Below are positions 8,928 through 17,587 of a stretch of 64,000 nt of DNA, piece by piece. Made by a program: the position numbers and the translations under genes. Each line of letters begins with the position of its first letter. The first letter of the stretch is position 1. Origin of the DNA: Deltaproteobacteria bacterium (GTDB lineage: Bacteria; Myxococcota_A; UBA796; SXON01). The notes under the pieces are model-generated. The model made no database searches. It had not been told where the DNA came from and saw only the letters and a list, made by a program, of their open reading frames with translations. The stretch lies in contig CANFCK010000001.1 of the NCBI GenBank assembly GCA_947445035.1, positions 50,044 through 114,043 on the forward strand, read 5' to 3'.

Positions 8928-9899
8928 TCAAGCACCACGGCTGATCGAAGCGGCGATTCCACCGCCGTGTTCCGGGTACCGCCAGACGAACGCGAGCTCC
9001 TTTTCGAGGCGGTCCACGTTCAACCGCGCGCTGGCGGTGAACAGCCTCAGGTTGTCGTTGGTAAATCTGGGCTTTCGACCCATGGCGGCCGCCATCCGTT
9101 CGTTCTGCTCGGCGAGCGCCGCCTGAATCACGCTCGGGACCCACGTCGACCAGAAGCGCACCGGCTTGCCGCCGCAACGGGCCGTCACCGCCGCGTAGAA
9201 CTCAGACAGCGTGGGCGTTCCGGGGGCGCTGACGTTCCACAGGCCGGGCTCCCCCCGTGTGCCGATCGCCATGAGCGCGGCCACACAGTCATCGATGTGG
9301 ACGACCGGAACGCGGTTGCGTCCTTCGCCCGGGAGCCAAGCATGCCCCGCCCGGATGCGATCCTCCTGCATGAATCGTAGGCCGGGACCGTACACCGCCG
9401 CAATGCGCGCCACCCGCAGCCGAAGCCCGGTAGCGGCGGCGACCTCGCGCAGCCGGGCCTCGGCAGCGAGCTTGGCCCGACCATACTGGGTCTGCGGTGC
9501 CGCCGGGTGCGCCTCGCCCACCCACAGGCCGCTGCGGTCCCCGTACACGGCGCAACTCGATGCGAAAGTGAACGAGCTCAGCCTGTTGGCGTGCTTGCCG
9601 GCCGCGACGGCGAGCGGTTCCGTGCCGACCCGGTTGAGCCGATCGGCGTCGATTCGCCCGGCACCGCGGAGGCCGCCGGCAAGGTGCCAGACGTGGTCGG
9701 CCTCGGCGACCCCTCGCTCGATGGCGGCGGCATCCTCGAGGTGCCCGAGCAGCAGCCTTGCTCCGTCGGCAACCACGGTCCGCCCTCGCGCTTCGTCGCG
9801 GACGAGCACGGTCACGTCGTGCCCCGCCGTCAGCAACGCCCGAACGAGCGGGAGCCCGATCTGTCCGGTCCCGCCGGTCACGAAGGAGCGCTCAGCCAT
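8928..9899 (-). CDS. NAD-dependent epimerase/dehydratase (extended SDR)
   Basis: ATG 9899; FVTGGTGQIG, ASSCAVYG, YGRAK. Confidence 0.9.
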   Translation of the reverse strand: MAERSFVTGGTGQIGLPLVRALLTAGHDVTVLVRDEARGRTVVADGARLLLGHLEDAAAIERGVAEADHVWHLAGGLRGAGRIDADRLNRVGTEPLAVAAGKHANRLSSFTFASSCAVYGDRSGLWVGEAHPAAPQTQYGRAKLAAEARLREVAAATGLRLRVARIAAVYGPGLRFMQEDRIRAGHAWLPGEGRNRVPVVHIDDCVAALMAIGTRGEPGLWNVSAPGTPTLSEFYAAVTARCGGKPVRFWSTWVPSVIQAALAEQNERMAAAMGRKPRFTNDNLRLFTASARLNVDRLEKELAFVWRYPEHGGGIAASISRGA

Positions 9900-9904
9900 C
9901 GGCC

Positions 9905-12247
9905 CTACGGCGCGGTGGCGGCGACGCCGGCGGCGTACCAGAGGGAGCCGGAGTGGTCCACCGCGTCGGCGGTGTCGCTGTCGTCTCCCAACCAAAATCC
10001 GTCGGGCACGCCGTCGCCGCTGAGGTCGCCGACAAACCCGCGACCGCGGGCTTCGCGAGACATGTACCCCAAAACCGGCACCCCGGCGGCGCCACCCAGG
10101 CCGCGCCACGTCGCAAGCACGCCGTCGACCTGCACCAAAATGTCGGCTACGCCGTCGCCGTCGGCGTCACCGGCGGACACCGCCCCCCCGAGCCCGAGCG
10201 TGCTTTCGGCGCCGCCAATACGCACTGCGGTGTCCAGACCGTCGGACCACACCACGTCATCGACGCCATCGGCGTCGAAGTCACCCACCGCGATGGTGCA
10301 GACCCCCTCGCAACCCAGAAGATCGTCCACGCCGTCTCCGTCGGTGTCCGCCGCGACGACGTCGCCCAGCGGGCCGATGCCGGGCTCCGCCACCGCAGTC
10401 CCGTCCCCAGGGAGCCAAAGGCGATCGCCTGCCGCGTCGACCACCACCGCCTCCGCCCCGAGGAAGTCCCCACACGCCAGCATGGCCCCGGGCGCCACCA
10501 CATCGGCACCGGCGCTGGTCAGCCTACCCGCGTCATCCACCGAAAGGTGCCTGACCAATGTCGACAGCGCGCCGTCCACCAAGATCCAGACGTCGTGACC
10601 ACAAACGGCCAGATCGAGCGGCTCTTCCCCCGGAAGGAATGAAAGCGCGATGGCCGGGGTGAGGGCCTCGTTGTTGGCGCCGACGATTGGGGTGCCGACG
10701 AAGGCCTGGACCTGGGCGCTGCCGTTGTCCAAAAGCGCGACGAGATCGATGATCCCGTCGTCGTTGAGGTCACCCATCCACGGCTCACCGACGAGGCCGA
10801 TGTCGAAGAGACCGTCGAAGGCGCGCTCGATCGACCACCCGGTTTCGTCGGCTTCGGTCCCGGGGTCGTCCGCGACGCGCGCGGCGACGTGTCCAACTGC
10901 CGCCGCGCGAGACAAAACCAGGTCGGGGACGTCGTCGCCCGTGAAGTCGGGCGCGTCGATCGTGGCCGCGTACGGCAACCCGGAGATCGTCTCAACCACA
11001 AAAGTGCCGATTTCGGCCGACCAGTGAGCGCGTGCCAGCGCGCCCGGGGTCGACATCAGCACGTCAAGGGAGCCGTCGCCATCGGCATCTGCAAGGGTGG
11101 CGGCCAGCCCACTGATGGGCTCCAAGCTGCTGGATATCTGGAAAACGGTCCCGATCTCATCGTCGTCCATGACCATGACCGCCGTGTAGCCGCCACTGTC
11201 GTCGGCCAGCGGACCGCTGATGAGCACATCGTCGCGACGGTCACCATCAACGTCGAAGCCGCCGCGCATGTCGGCACCCGCCCCGATGCCGAGACTCGAA
11301 TCCATCGCGCTGGTGGCGAGCCACCCATCCCCCTGCCACTCGTAGCGGCGGGTGACGCCGTCACCGGCCAGCAGCGACACCTCCGCGACGCCGTCCTCAT
11401 CGAGGTCCTCGACGGATGCGCCGTGCACGCCCAGGTCCACATCGAGGACCGCGGTGGCGGCCCAGCCGCCTTGACCGTCCCCCGGCATCCAGACCACGGC
11501 GCCGGAGTCAGCGTGGCCTACCACCAGGACAAGGTCGACCACCGTGTCGTCGTCCGCGGTCTGAACCACCGCGGCCCGGACGGTACCCGCCGAGGGCCGC
11601 CACCCGCCGGCGAAGGCCAGTCCGCCGTCGGGACGGCCGCGCAAAAGCACCACCTCGTCGTCGCTGAAGGCCAGCAAGTCATCCACGCCATCATCGTCCA
11701 GGCGCACCGTCCGCACGGACTTCACCGGCGATGCCAGGTTGAGCACCCGAACGGCAGCGCCCCCATCGAACGACCACCACCACAACTCATGGTCGCGGGC
11801 GGTGATCACGCCGCCGCCGGCGTGCGCCACGGGACTGCCCTCCCCTCCCGAGAGCCACGCAGGGAAGCCCGGCCGGACGTCGGCACGCGCGGTGACGAAG
11901 GCACTGCCGGTGGCCTGGAACGTCCCCGCTGTGGCGCCTACCTCGAAGCGCCCGGGGCTCGAAGCCGAAAGCTCGGCGGTGGCCCAACCGAAAGCATCGG
12001 GGGTGGCGCTGGTCGCGCCCAAGGTCCCGGCCGAGGTCAGGGCCAGGTCGCCCCCACCGACCGACGCGCCGACCTCGTTGACGGTCAAGATCGTCACCAG
12101 GGCCGAACCGACCCCGGAACCCTGTCCGACCCACAGACCGGTTGGCGACTCCGACATCGCTTCTACCCGCACCGGAACGAGGTCCTCGGGGTCGCAACCC
12201 TGGCAACCGGGGAGCACGAGGACCAGCGTGACCGACAGCGCCCTCAC
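9905..12247 (-). CDS. Secreted FG-GAP/VCBS-repeat protein (probable lipoprotein)
   Basis: Signal with LPGC; many DxDxDG motifs (DLDEDG, DVDGDR, DADGDG, DLNDDG, DFDADG, DLSGDG). Confidence 0.88.
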   Translation of the reverse strand: MRALSVTLVLVLPGCQGCDPEDLVPVRVEAMSESPTGLWVGQGSGVGSALVTILTVNEVGASVGGGDLALTSAGTLGATSATPDAFGWATAELSASSPGRFEVGATAGTFQATGSAFVTARADVRPGFPAWLSGGEGSPVAHAGGGVITARDHELWWWSFDGGAAVRVLNLASPVKSVRTVRLDDDGVDDLLAFSDDEVVLLRGRPDGGLAFAGGWRPSAGTVRAAVVQTADDDTVVDLVLVVGHADSGAVVWMPGDGQGGWAATAVLDVDLGVHGASVEDLDEDGVAEVSLLAGDGVTRRYEWQGDGWLATSAMDSSLGIGAGADMRGGFDVDGDRRDDVLISGPLADDSGGYTAVMVMDDDEIGTVFQISSSLEPISGLAATLADADGDGSLDVLMSTPGALARAHWSAEIGTFVVETISGLPYAATIDAPDFTGDDVPDLVLSRAAAVGHVAARVADDPGTEADETGWSIERAFDGLFDIGLVGEPWMGDLNDDGIIDLVALLDNGSAQVQAFVGTPIVGANNEALTPAIALSFLPGEEPLDLAVCGHDVWILVDGALSTLVRHLSVDDAGRLTSAGADVVAPGAMLACGDFLGAEAVVVDAAGDRLWLPGDGTAVAEPGIGPLGDVVAADTDGDGVDDLLGCEGVCTIAVGDFDADGVDDVVWSDGLDTAVRIGGAESTLGLGGAVSAGDADGDGVADILVQVDGVLATWRGLGGAAGVPVLGYMSREARGRGFVGDLSGDGVPDGFWLGDDSDTADAVDHSGSLWYAAGVAATAP

Positions 12248-13167
12248 GGCGTGGTCCAGAATACCCGCGCGTAGACGTAGCCGGTGGAGGGCGTGCTGAC
12301 CTGATCGGCGCGGCCACCCTCATCGATGCGGAAAACCCCACGAGATGCGGAGTAGATCAAGAATGACCCGTCCCCCGGGTCGTAGGCGCAGTCCGACACA
12401 TCGGCGAAGTCGTCATCGTGGTAGGCCACAGGCCGCGCGTCCCCGCCGATGATTTTGTTGATCGAATAGACGGCGCCCGCCGGAGAGCAGGCAAAGGGCG
12501 CTTCTTCGGGGCCGACGAAGACGTTCGTCGCGCGGGTGAGGCTGGTGTCGTAGTCTTCTTTGACCAGTTGGACGTTGCCGTCGCCGTCCACGGTCCAGAG
12601 GTCGGGGCCCCCGGCGCTCGGGTCGACGAAGAAGGCCCGATTTTCACTGCCGCCGACGTAACGGATTTCCGAGAGGCTACCCGACTCGAGCACCGAGGCG
12701 ATCTCGGCCAAGTCGGCGGAGAGGGTCTGCAGCCCGCCCTGGTAGGCCACCAGCAGGTGCCTGCCAAGCCGGGTGGTGTCGTAGTTCTCGCTTTCTGCCC
12801 CGACGTCGTTGACCCTCGTGGTGCCGCCGTCCGCGTCCAGCGTGTAGAGGCCGCCAACGCCGACGAGCAGCCCGGTTCGGTTCCACGGCTCGTAGTACGG
12901 CGCGCCCGCCAGTTCGACCGGGACCGACCATTCCGCTTCCACTTCGCTGGTCACCGGATCGAAGACCCGGATGATGCCCCTTTCACCCCCCCTCATCGAG
13001 GTGACCCAACCCACCACCGGATCGCCGGACGGCCCCGTGTCGGGGTCGCCGGTGTCGTCGGTGTCCGTGTCGGGATTGGCGCACGGCATGTCGCTGGTGC
13101 AGGTGACCTGCACGTCCTCAAAGACGTGGCAACCAGCGAGCAACAGCAGGACACTCAGCGACGACAA
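12244..13167 (-). CDS. Hypothetical lipoprotein, probable beta-propeller
   Basis: LLLLAGC lipobox, DTDTDDTGDPDTG linker; start uncertain (TTG 13167 or ATG 13197). Confidence 0.75.
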   Translation of the reverse strand: MSSLSVLLLLAGCHVFEDVQVTCTSDMPCANPDTDTDDTGDPDTGPSGDPVVGWVTSMRGGERGIIRVFDPVTSEVEAEWSVPVELAGAPYYEPWNRTGLLVGVGGLYTLDADGGTTRVNDVGAESENYDTTRLGRHLLVAYQGGLQTLSADLAEIASVLESGSLSEIRYVGGSENRAFFVDPSAGGPDLWTVDGDGNVQLVKEDYDTSLTRATNVFVGPEEAPFACSPAGAVYSINKIIGGDARPVAYHDDDFADVSDCAYDPGDGSFLIYSASRGVFRIDEGGRADQVSTPSTGYVYARVFWTTP

Positions 13168-14639
13168 ACGACTCTCCGGCGGATTCCCCGCCACCATAGC
13201 AGGGGCGCCACGATCATGGCACCCCCTCCCGCGCCGCAAGCGCCTTCGGTCTCCGCGTCGAGGGACCAAAACCGCGCCTTCCCTCCGCCCAGCCACGGGT
13301 CCGGAGGTTGACCCGCTGATCGCCCGTCAAGCGCGCTGGCTACGAGACGATCAGCAGCCTCTCTCGGGGTGGCGTCAGGGTCAGCGCTCATCGCCACGGC
13401 GACCGCGGCGGCCACCGCCGGCGTCGACGCGCTGGTGCCGTAAAACCCGTTCGTCCCGAAGATGCGCGAGGTGAGGCCATCCGGACCGGCGATGTCCGGC
13501 TTGTAGAAGCCGGCGTGGGTGGGCCCGAACGAGCTGAAGGACTCGGCGCTGTTGTGCGCGTAGCCCGACGCGCGGACGGCCCCGACCGAGAACGCGCTGA
13601 CGCTGGACGCCGGGTCTGCAAGGCCGCCGGGCTCGGTGAAATAGAGGTGTCCGCCACGGGCCTGGACCGACAGCGCGACGCCCCCGACGCCCCGGCGGCG
13701 ATGGATGCGGAGCCAATACCAGTCCTCCGTTTCGGCGCGGATGGAAATGCGCTCAACGGGCGCGCATTGATCGGCGTCGAGGTCCTGGTCGTCGTCGGCG
13801 CGACCAACGATTTCCCCCTCCCGATTGACTGCGACCACGTCGAAGTCGTTGCGACCGCAACCCCAAAACTCGTCCCACGAGACAAACGCCGTCGCGCCCC
13901 CGGCGCTCAGATAAATCGGCAGGTACGACCCGCCCCACGGAAAGTCCATCCACTCGTCGTGGTCGACGTCGTCCCACGGGCCGATCCAGTGCTCCTGGGC
14001 GTAGTTCCCGGCACTGGTGACCAGGAGCGTCCCGCCCTCCGCAAGGTGGCCCGCACTGTCGGCGAGCGCGCCGCTGCCGTCGTAGAAGGAGTTGTTGAAG
14101 AACGACATCGACATGCTCACGACGTCGACCTCATTGCGCAGCGCCCACTCCACCGCGTTCTCGAAGCTCGTCGGGCCGTTCACGCGCACCAGGTGCAGCT
14201 CGGCCTCGGGTGCCAGATCGGCGATGACCTCGGCGCAGGCGACGCCGTGGGCGCCCTCCTCGTAGCTGAAACGCGGGCGCAGCGTGTCCATCGGCACGTC
14301 GCAACTGCGCGTCAGTTCGCAGTCGTGCGTTTCGACATCCCCGAGCTCTTCGGACAGCACCGCAGCGTTGAACCACTGCACGTCGAAGACCGCGACCCGG
14401 ACGCCGCCACCGAGGAAGCCGGCGTCGGCCCAGGGGGCCATCGCCATGGCCTCGACTGCCTCTTCCGCGAAGTATCCGTCGACCACCGGGGGCTCCTCGA
14501 TGCGCCAAGGCGTGCCCGCGGCCGGCGCTTCCAGGAGCACACTGCCCGTCGCGCTCCCGGAAATGGCCCCGGGCCAATCGGGAACGTCCACGCGGATGCG
14601 ATCCACGACGCCCACCTCAGGAAGTTCGACGTCGGCCAT
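13155..14639 (-). CDS. S8 family (subtilisin-like) serine peptidase with C-terminal membrane/sorting tail
   Basis: Triad motifs VAVFD, HGVACA, GTSASTP; oxyanion SAGN; KPDIAGPDG; C-terminal GACGAGGG-hydrophobic-RRR tail. No obvious N-terminal signal peptide. Confidence 0.9.
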   Translation of the reverse strand: MADVELPEVGVVDRIRVDVPDWPGAISGSATGSVLLEAPAAGTPWRIEEPPVVDGYFAEEAVEAMAMAPWADAGFLGGGVRVAVFDVQWFNAAVLSEELGDVETHDCELTRSCDVPMDTLRPRFSYEEGAHGVACAEVIADLAPEAELHLVRVNGPTSFENAVEWALRNEVDVVSMSMSFFNNSFYDGSGALADSAGHLAEGGTLLVTSAGNYAQEHWIGPWDDVDHDEWMDFPWGGSYLPIYLSAGGATAFVSWDEFWGCGRNDFDVVAVNREGEIVGRADDDQDLDADQCAPVERISIRAETEDWYWLRIHRRRGVGGVALSVQARGGHLYFTEPGGLADPASSVSAFSVGAVRASGYAHNSAESFSSFGPTHAGFYKPDIAGPDGLTSRIFGTNGFYGTSASTPAVAAAVAVAMSADPDATPREAADRLVASALDGRSAGQPPDPWLGGGKARFWSLDAETEGACGAGGGAMIVAPLLWWRGIRRRVVCRR

Positions 14640-14642
14640 CGA

Positions 14643-15107
14643 TCAGCGCCAGGACCGGCCCATCAGCTCGGTCGACGCGAGCACGTGGCCCTTCATCGCC
14701 CCTTTGAGCTCGATGAGACCCGCCCCGTCGCCAAGGGACAGCAACGTGTCCAGGGCGTACAACCTTGTGAAGTACCGATGGGTGCCGTGCCCCGGCGGCG
14801 GACAAGGGCCGCCGTAGCCCACCTTCCCGAAGTCGTTGGTTCCGGCAACCATCCCGGGCGCGCCAGGCCGTTGGCCCTCGGCGAGGGATCGCGTCGCGGC
14901 CGGGAGATTCCACACCAGCCAGTGCGACCACGTCCGTCCGGGCGCGTCGGGATCGTCCATCACCAACGCCAGCGACGCCGCGCCGGTGGGGGGCGCCGTC
15001 CACGACAAGGGCGGCGACACGTCCGCTGCCGAGCAGGTGTGGCGCGGCGGAATGACCGCGCCGGGCAGCCAGGCGGTTGAGGTCAGCTCGAAGACGAGCG
15101 GCAGCAT
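14643..15107 (-). CDS. YbhB/YbcL family Raf-kinase-inhibitor-like (PEBP) protein
   Basis: DVSPPLSW, MDDPDAP, HWLVWN, GYGGPCPPPGHGTHRY; ATG 15107. Confidence 0.93.
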   Translation of the reverse strand: MLPLVFELTSTAWLPGAVIPPRHTCSAADVSPPLSWTAPPTGAASLALVMDDPDAPGRTWSHWLVWNLPAATRSLAEGQRPGAPGMVAGTNDFGKVGYGGPCPPPGHGTHRYFTRLYALDTLLSLGDGAGLIELKGAMKGHVLASTELMGRSWR

Positions 15108-15165
15108 TTCACGGCCTAGCACGACCGTGACATTTCCGGGACAAAGGGCGTGTACATCCACCTCC

Positions 15166-15564
15166 GTGTTCCGCATCGCCCACCTCTCCGACCTGCACCT
15201 CATCGAGGACGGCGTGCGCTCCCGCCGGGGGGTCAGCCGAATCCAGCTCGAATATCTCTCGCTCCTGAAGAAGATTGACCCGGTGGCACGCCGAGAGCGC
15301 GCCGAACGCGCCCTGACCGCCGCCGCCGCCGCCAATCCGGACCACGTGGTCATCACCGGCGACCTCGAGGGGGCCCGGGCCTTTGCGCCCTGCGGGGTCG
15401 TCAGCGGCGATCGGCCCGTTCGCGTCTACACGATCGAGGGCAAGCGTTTGGTGCCGACTACCCCTGCGGCGGTGGGACGCGCCGCACGTCGAGGGACGGG
15501 AATGCCAGACGAAGCGCCGTTTCGGCCGGAGCCCAGCTTTCCCCCGCCACCAGCGCCAGCGTAG
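15166..15564 (+). pseudogene. Metallophosphoesterase with large internal deletion
   Basis: GTG 15166: FRIAHLSDLH (motif I) and DHVVITGDL (motif II), then a jump to a C-terminal-like strand; GNHD and GHxH motifs absent; only 132 aa. Confidence 0.7.
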
Positions 15565-16090
15565 CGACTCCCGCAAGCTCAAGGGTGTGAACGAGGGCGC
15601 GAAGCTCCATCGGGTGGGCGGACAGGCGGAGGGCAACGTGAACCCACTGGCACAACCCACGAATGCGGACGAGGGTTTCCACCGCCACCGCCGGACCCGG
15701 CAGTTCCAGCGCAATGTGGGTGAAGTCGAGCGTTTCGTCGGCGGCGGTAAGGCGGTCGGTCCACAACCAGCGCGTCGGCGTCGTGCTTTCAGAGAAGTCG
15801 GAGGCATACGGCCCGGGTCCGAAACGGCGCGCGGTGCTCTGGAGGCGGGGTGACTCGGGCGGGTGCGACCAGGGCTCCACCAAAAGCTCCGGGGGCGAGA
15901 GGGCAACGTCGAGCGCGTCGTCCCAGGGACGCCCCTGCACCCCGGAGCAAGCCGGGCGCAGCGCGCAGCGCCGGCAGGGGGGGCCGAAACTGCCGGAAGG
16001 CGCGGACAGCAGCGGCCGCGCCTGGACCAACGTGCCCGGCGCGTAGGTCACGCAGGCTGGGAGTTCGAGCGCGGTGGCGGTCGCGGTCAC
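15458..16090 (-). CDS. Hypothetical protein with Cys cluster (LPAC...CRRCALRPACSG)
   Basis: 210-aa ORF; the CxxCx5C motif resembles auxiliary Fe-S motifs at radical SAM C-termini; no CxxxCxxC. Confidence 0.55.
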   Translation of the reverse strand: MTATATALELPACVTYAPGTLVQARPLLSAPSGSFGPPCRRCALRPACSGVQGRPWDDALDVALSPPELLVEPWSHPPESPRLQSTARRFGPGPYASDFSESTTPTRWLWTDRLTAADETLDFTHIALELPGPAVAVETLVRIRGLCQWVHVALRLSAHPMELRALVHTLELAGVATLALVAGESWAPAETALRLAFPSLDVRRVPPPQG

Positions 16091-16127
16091 GCGGCAACAT
16101 AGCTGGTAGAAGAGTAGGGGTGCACCG

Positions 16128-17192
16128 ATGCGGCGACCTGGTCTTGCACTGAAGCTCAGCGTGCTGCTGATGCTCGGCGTCGTGGGCGCGATGCTGGTGG
16201 ACTACAGCCTGACCTCCGGCTCGCCGCTGGACCGCGCGCGGGTGCTGGTTTTCGTGGCGTTGTCGCTGGGGATGGCGCTCGCCGCGGCGGTGGTGGTGGA
16301 CGTCCTGGTGATTCGTCCGCTGGTGCGTTTGTCCGCGCAGGCCCGCCGGATGCAGGCCCTCGATTACGCCGAGCCCTTCCTGCCGACGGGGATGGACGAG
16401 CCGCACGAGCTGGGCCTGGCGCTGGAACACCTCCGTGAGCGCGTTGTGGCCGATCGGGAAGAGCTGCGCCGTCTCAACGCGGAGTTGGAAGCGAGGGTCG
16501 AGGAGCGGTCGGCCGCGCTCGCCGAGGCCCAGCGGGAGCTGCTGGCGCGGGAGAGGCTGGTCTCCGTGGGGCGGCTTGCCGCCGGGGTCGCGCACGAGGT
16601 CAACAACCCCGCAGGGGTCATCCTCGGCCGCGTGGGGCTCATCCTCGATGATCCCGGCGCGCTTTCGGCCGAGGTCGTTGAGGACCTGCGCGTCGTCGCC
16701 CGCCAAGCCGAGCGCATCCGCGACATCACCGGCGCACTACTGAGATTGGGGCGGCCCAGTCGCGGCGAGCGAGGCCCTGTGGAGCTCGAAGCGGTCGCTC
16801 GCAGCGCCGTGGACCTTGCCCGGCACGAAGCGCAACGACGTTGCGTGTCGCTCGTCGTCGAGGGCCGCTCGCCGGTGCTCACCGGAGACGCCGCCGCATT
16901 GGAGCAAGTGCTCTACAACCTCGTCCGCAACGCGGTCCAGGCGTCGGCCGAGGGGACCACGGTGACGCTGACGATCTCCCGAAGCCAGGTGGCGGTCGAG
17001 GACCAGGGAACCGGGCTGACCCCCGACGTCATGGAGCACCTTTTTGAGCCGTTTTTCACCACGAAGCCGCTTGGCGAGGGCACGGGGCTGGGTCTCGCCG
17101 TGGCACACGGAATCGTCCGCGACCACGGCGGGACGCTGGTGGCAGAGGCACGAGCCGGCGGCGGGGCGCGCTTCGTGATGCGGCTGGGATAG
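16128..17192 (+). CDS. Membrane sensor histidine kinase (2 TM, HAMP, HisKA, HATPase_c)
   Basis: AGVAHEVNNP H-box, NLVRNAVQA N-box, EDQGTG, FEPFFTTK, GTGLGL. Confidence 0.95.
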   Translation: MRRPGLALKLSVLLMLGVVGAMLVDYSLTSGSPLDRARVLVFVALSLGMALAAAVVVDVLVIRPLVRLSAQARRMQALDYAEPFLPTGMDEPHELGLALEHLRERVVADREELRRLNAELEARVEERSAALAEAQRELLARERLVSVGRLAAGVAHEVNNPAGVILGRVGLILDDPGALSAEVVEDLRVVARQAERIRDITGALLRLGRPSRGERGPVELEAVARSAVDLARHEAQRRCVSLVVEGRSPVLTGDAAALEQVLYNLVRNAVQASAEGTTVTLTISRSQVAVEDQGTGLTPDVMEHLFEPFFTTKPLGEGTGLGLAVAHGIVRDHGGTLVAEARAGGGARFVMRLG

Positions 17193-17200
17193 CAGTCCCG

Positions 17201-17578
17201 ATGCTCCTCGTCTTCGCCCTCGCGTGCTCCTCCGCGCCGCTGGTTCCCGCCGCCCACGCCAGCTCGTGCGGCAGCATCAGCAACAGCGACCTCCGCTACT
17301 ACTGCCAGTCCAGCTGCGGCAGCATCAGCAACTCCGACATGCGCTACTACTGCGACGGCAGCTACGGCGGCATCAGCAACAGCGACCTCCGCTACTACGG
17401 CCAGGGTAGCTGCGGCAGCATCAGCAATTCCGACATGCGCTACTACTGCCAGGGTAGCTACGGCAGCATCAGCAACAGCGACCTCCGCTACTACGGCCAG
17501 GGTAGCTGCGGCAGCATCAGCAACTCCGACATGCGCTACCTTTGCGAGTCCGGTCGTAAATGGCCAGGACCGTTCTGA
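17201..17578 (+). CDS. Small secreted protein with six 16-aa repeats S(C/Y)GSISNSD(L/M)RYY(C/G)QG
   Basis: Signal peptide ending AHA; in-frame repeats; lies between the HK and RR with short spacers (8 and 9 nt). Confidence 0.88.
   Translation: MLLVFALACSSAPLVPAAHASSCGSISNSDLRYYCQSSCGSISNSDMRYYCDGSYGGISNSDLRYYGQGSCGSISNSDMRYYCQGSYGSISNSDLRYYGQGSCGSISNSDMRYLCESGRKWPGPF
17264..17551 (+). repeat. Coding tandem repeat, 6 x 48 bp, with a 96-bp higher-order period
   Basis: Units alternate aacagcgacctc and aactccgacatg. Confidence 0.92.
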
Positions 17579-17587
17579 GGCATCCGC

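Noticed and set aside
17264..17551. Possible CRISPR or non-coding repeat array
   Set aside because: The period is 48 bp (a multiple of 3), variation is largely codon-wise, and it lies inside an ORF with a signal peptide.
15458..17578. Radical-SAM RiPP cluster (Cys-cluster ORF plus repeat peptide)
   Set aside because: No CxxxCxxC radical SAM core, RRE, peptidase or dedicated transporter; the peptide has a Sec-type signal.
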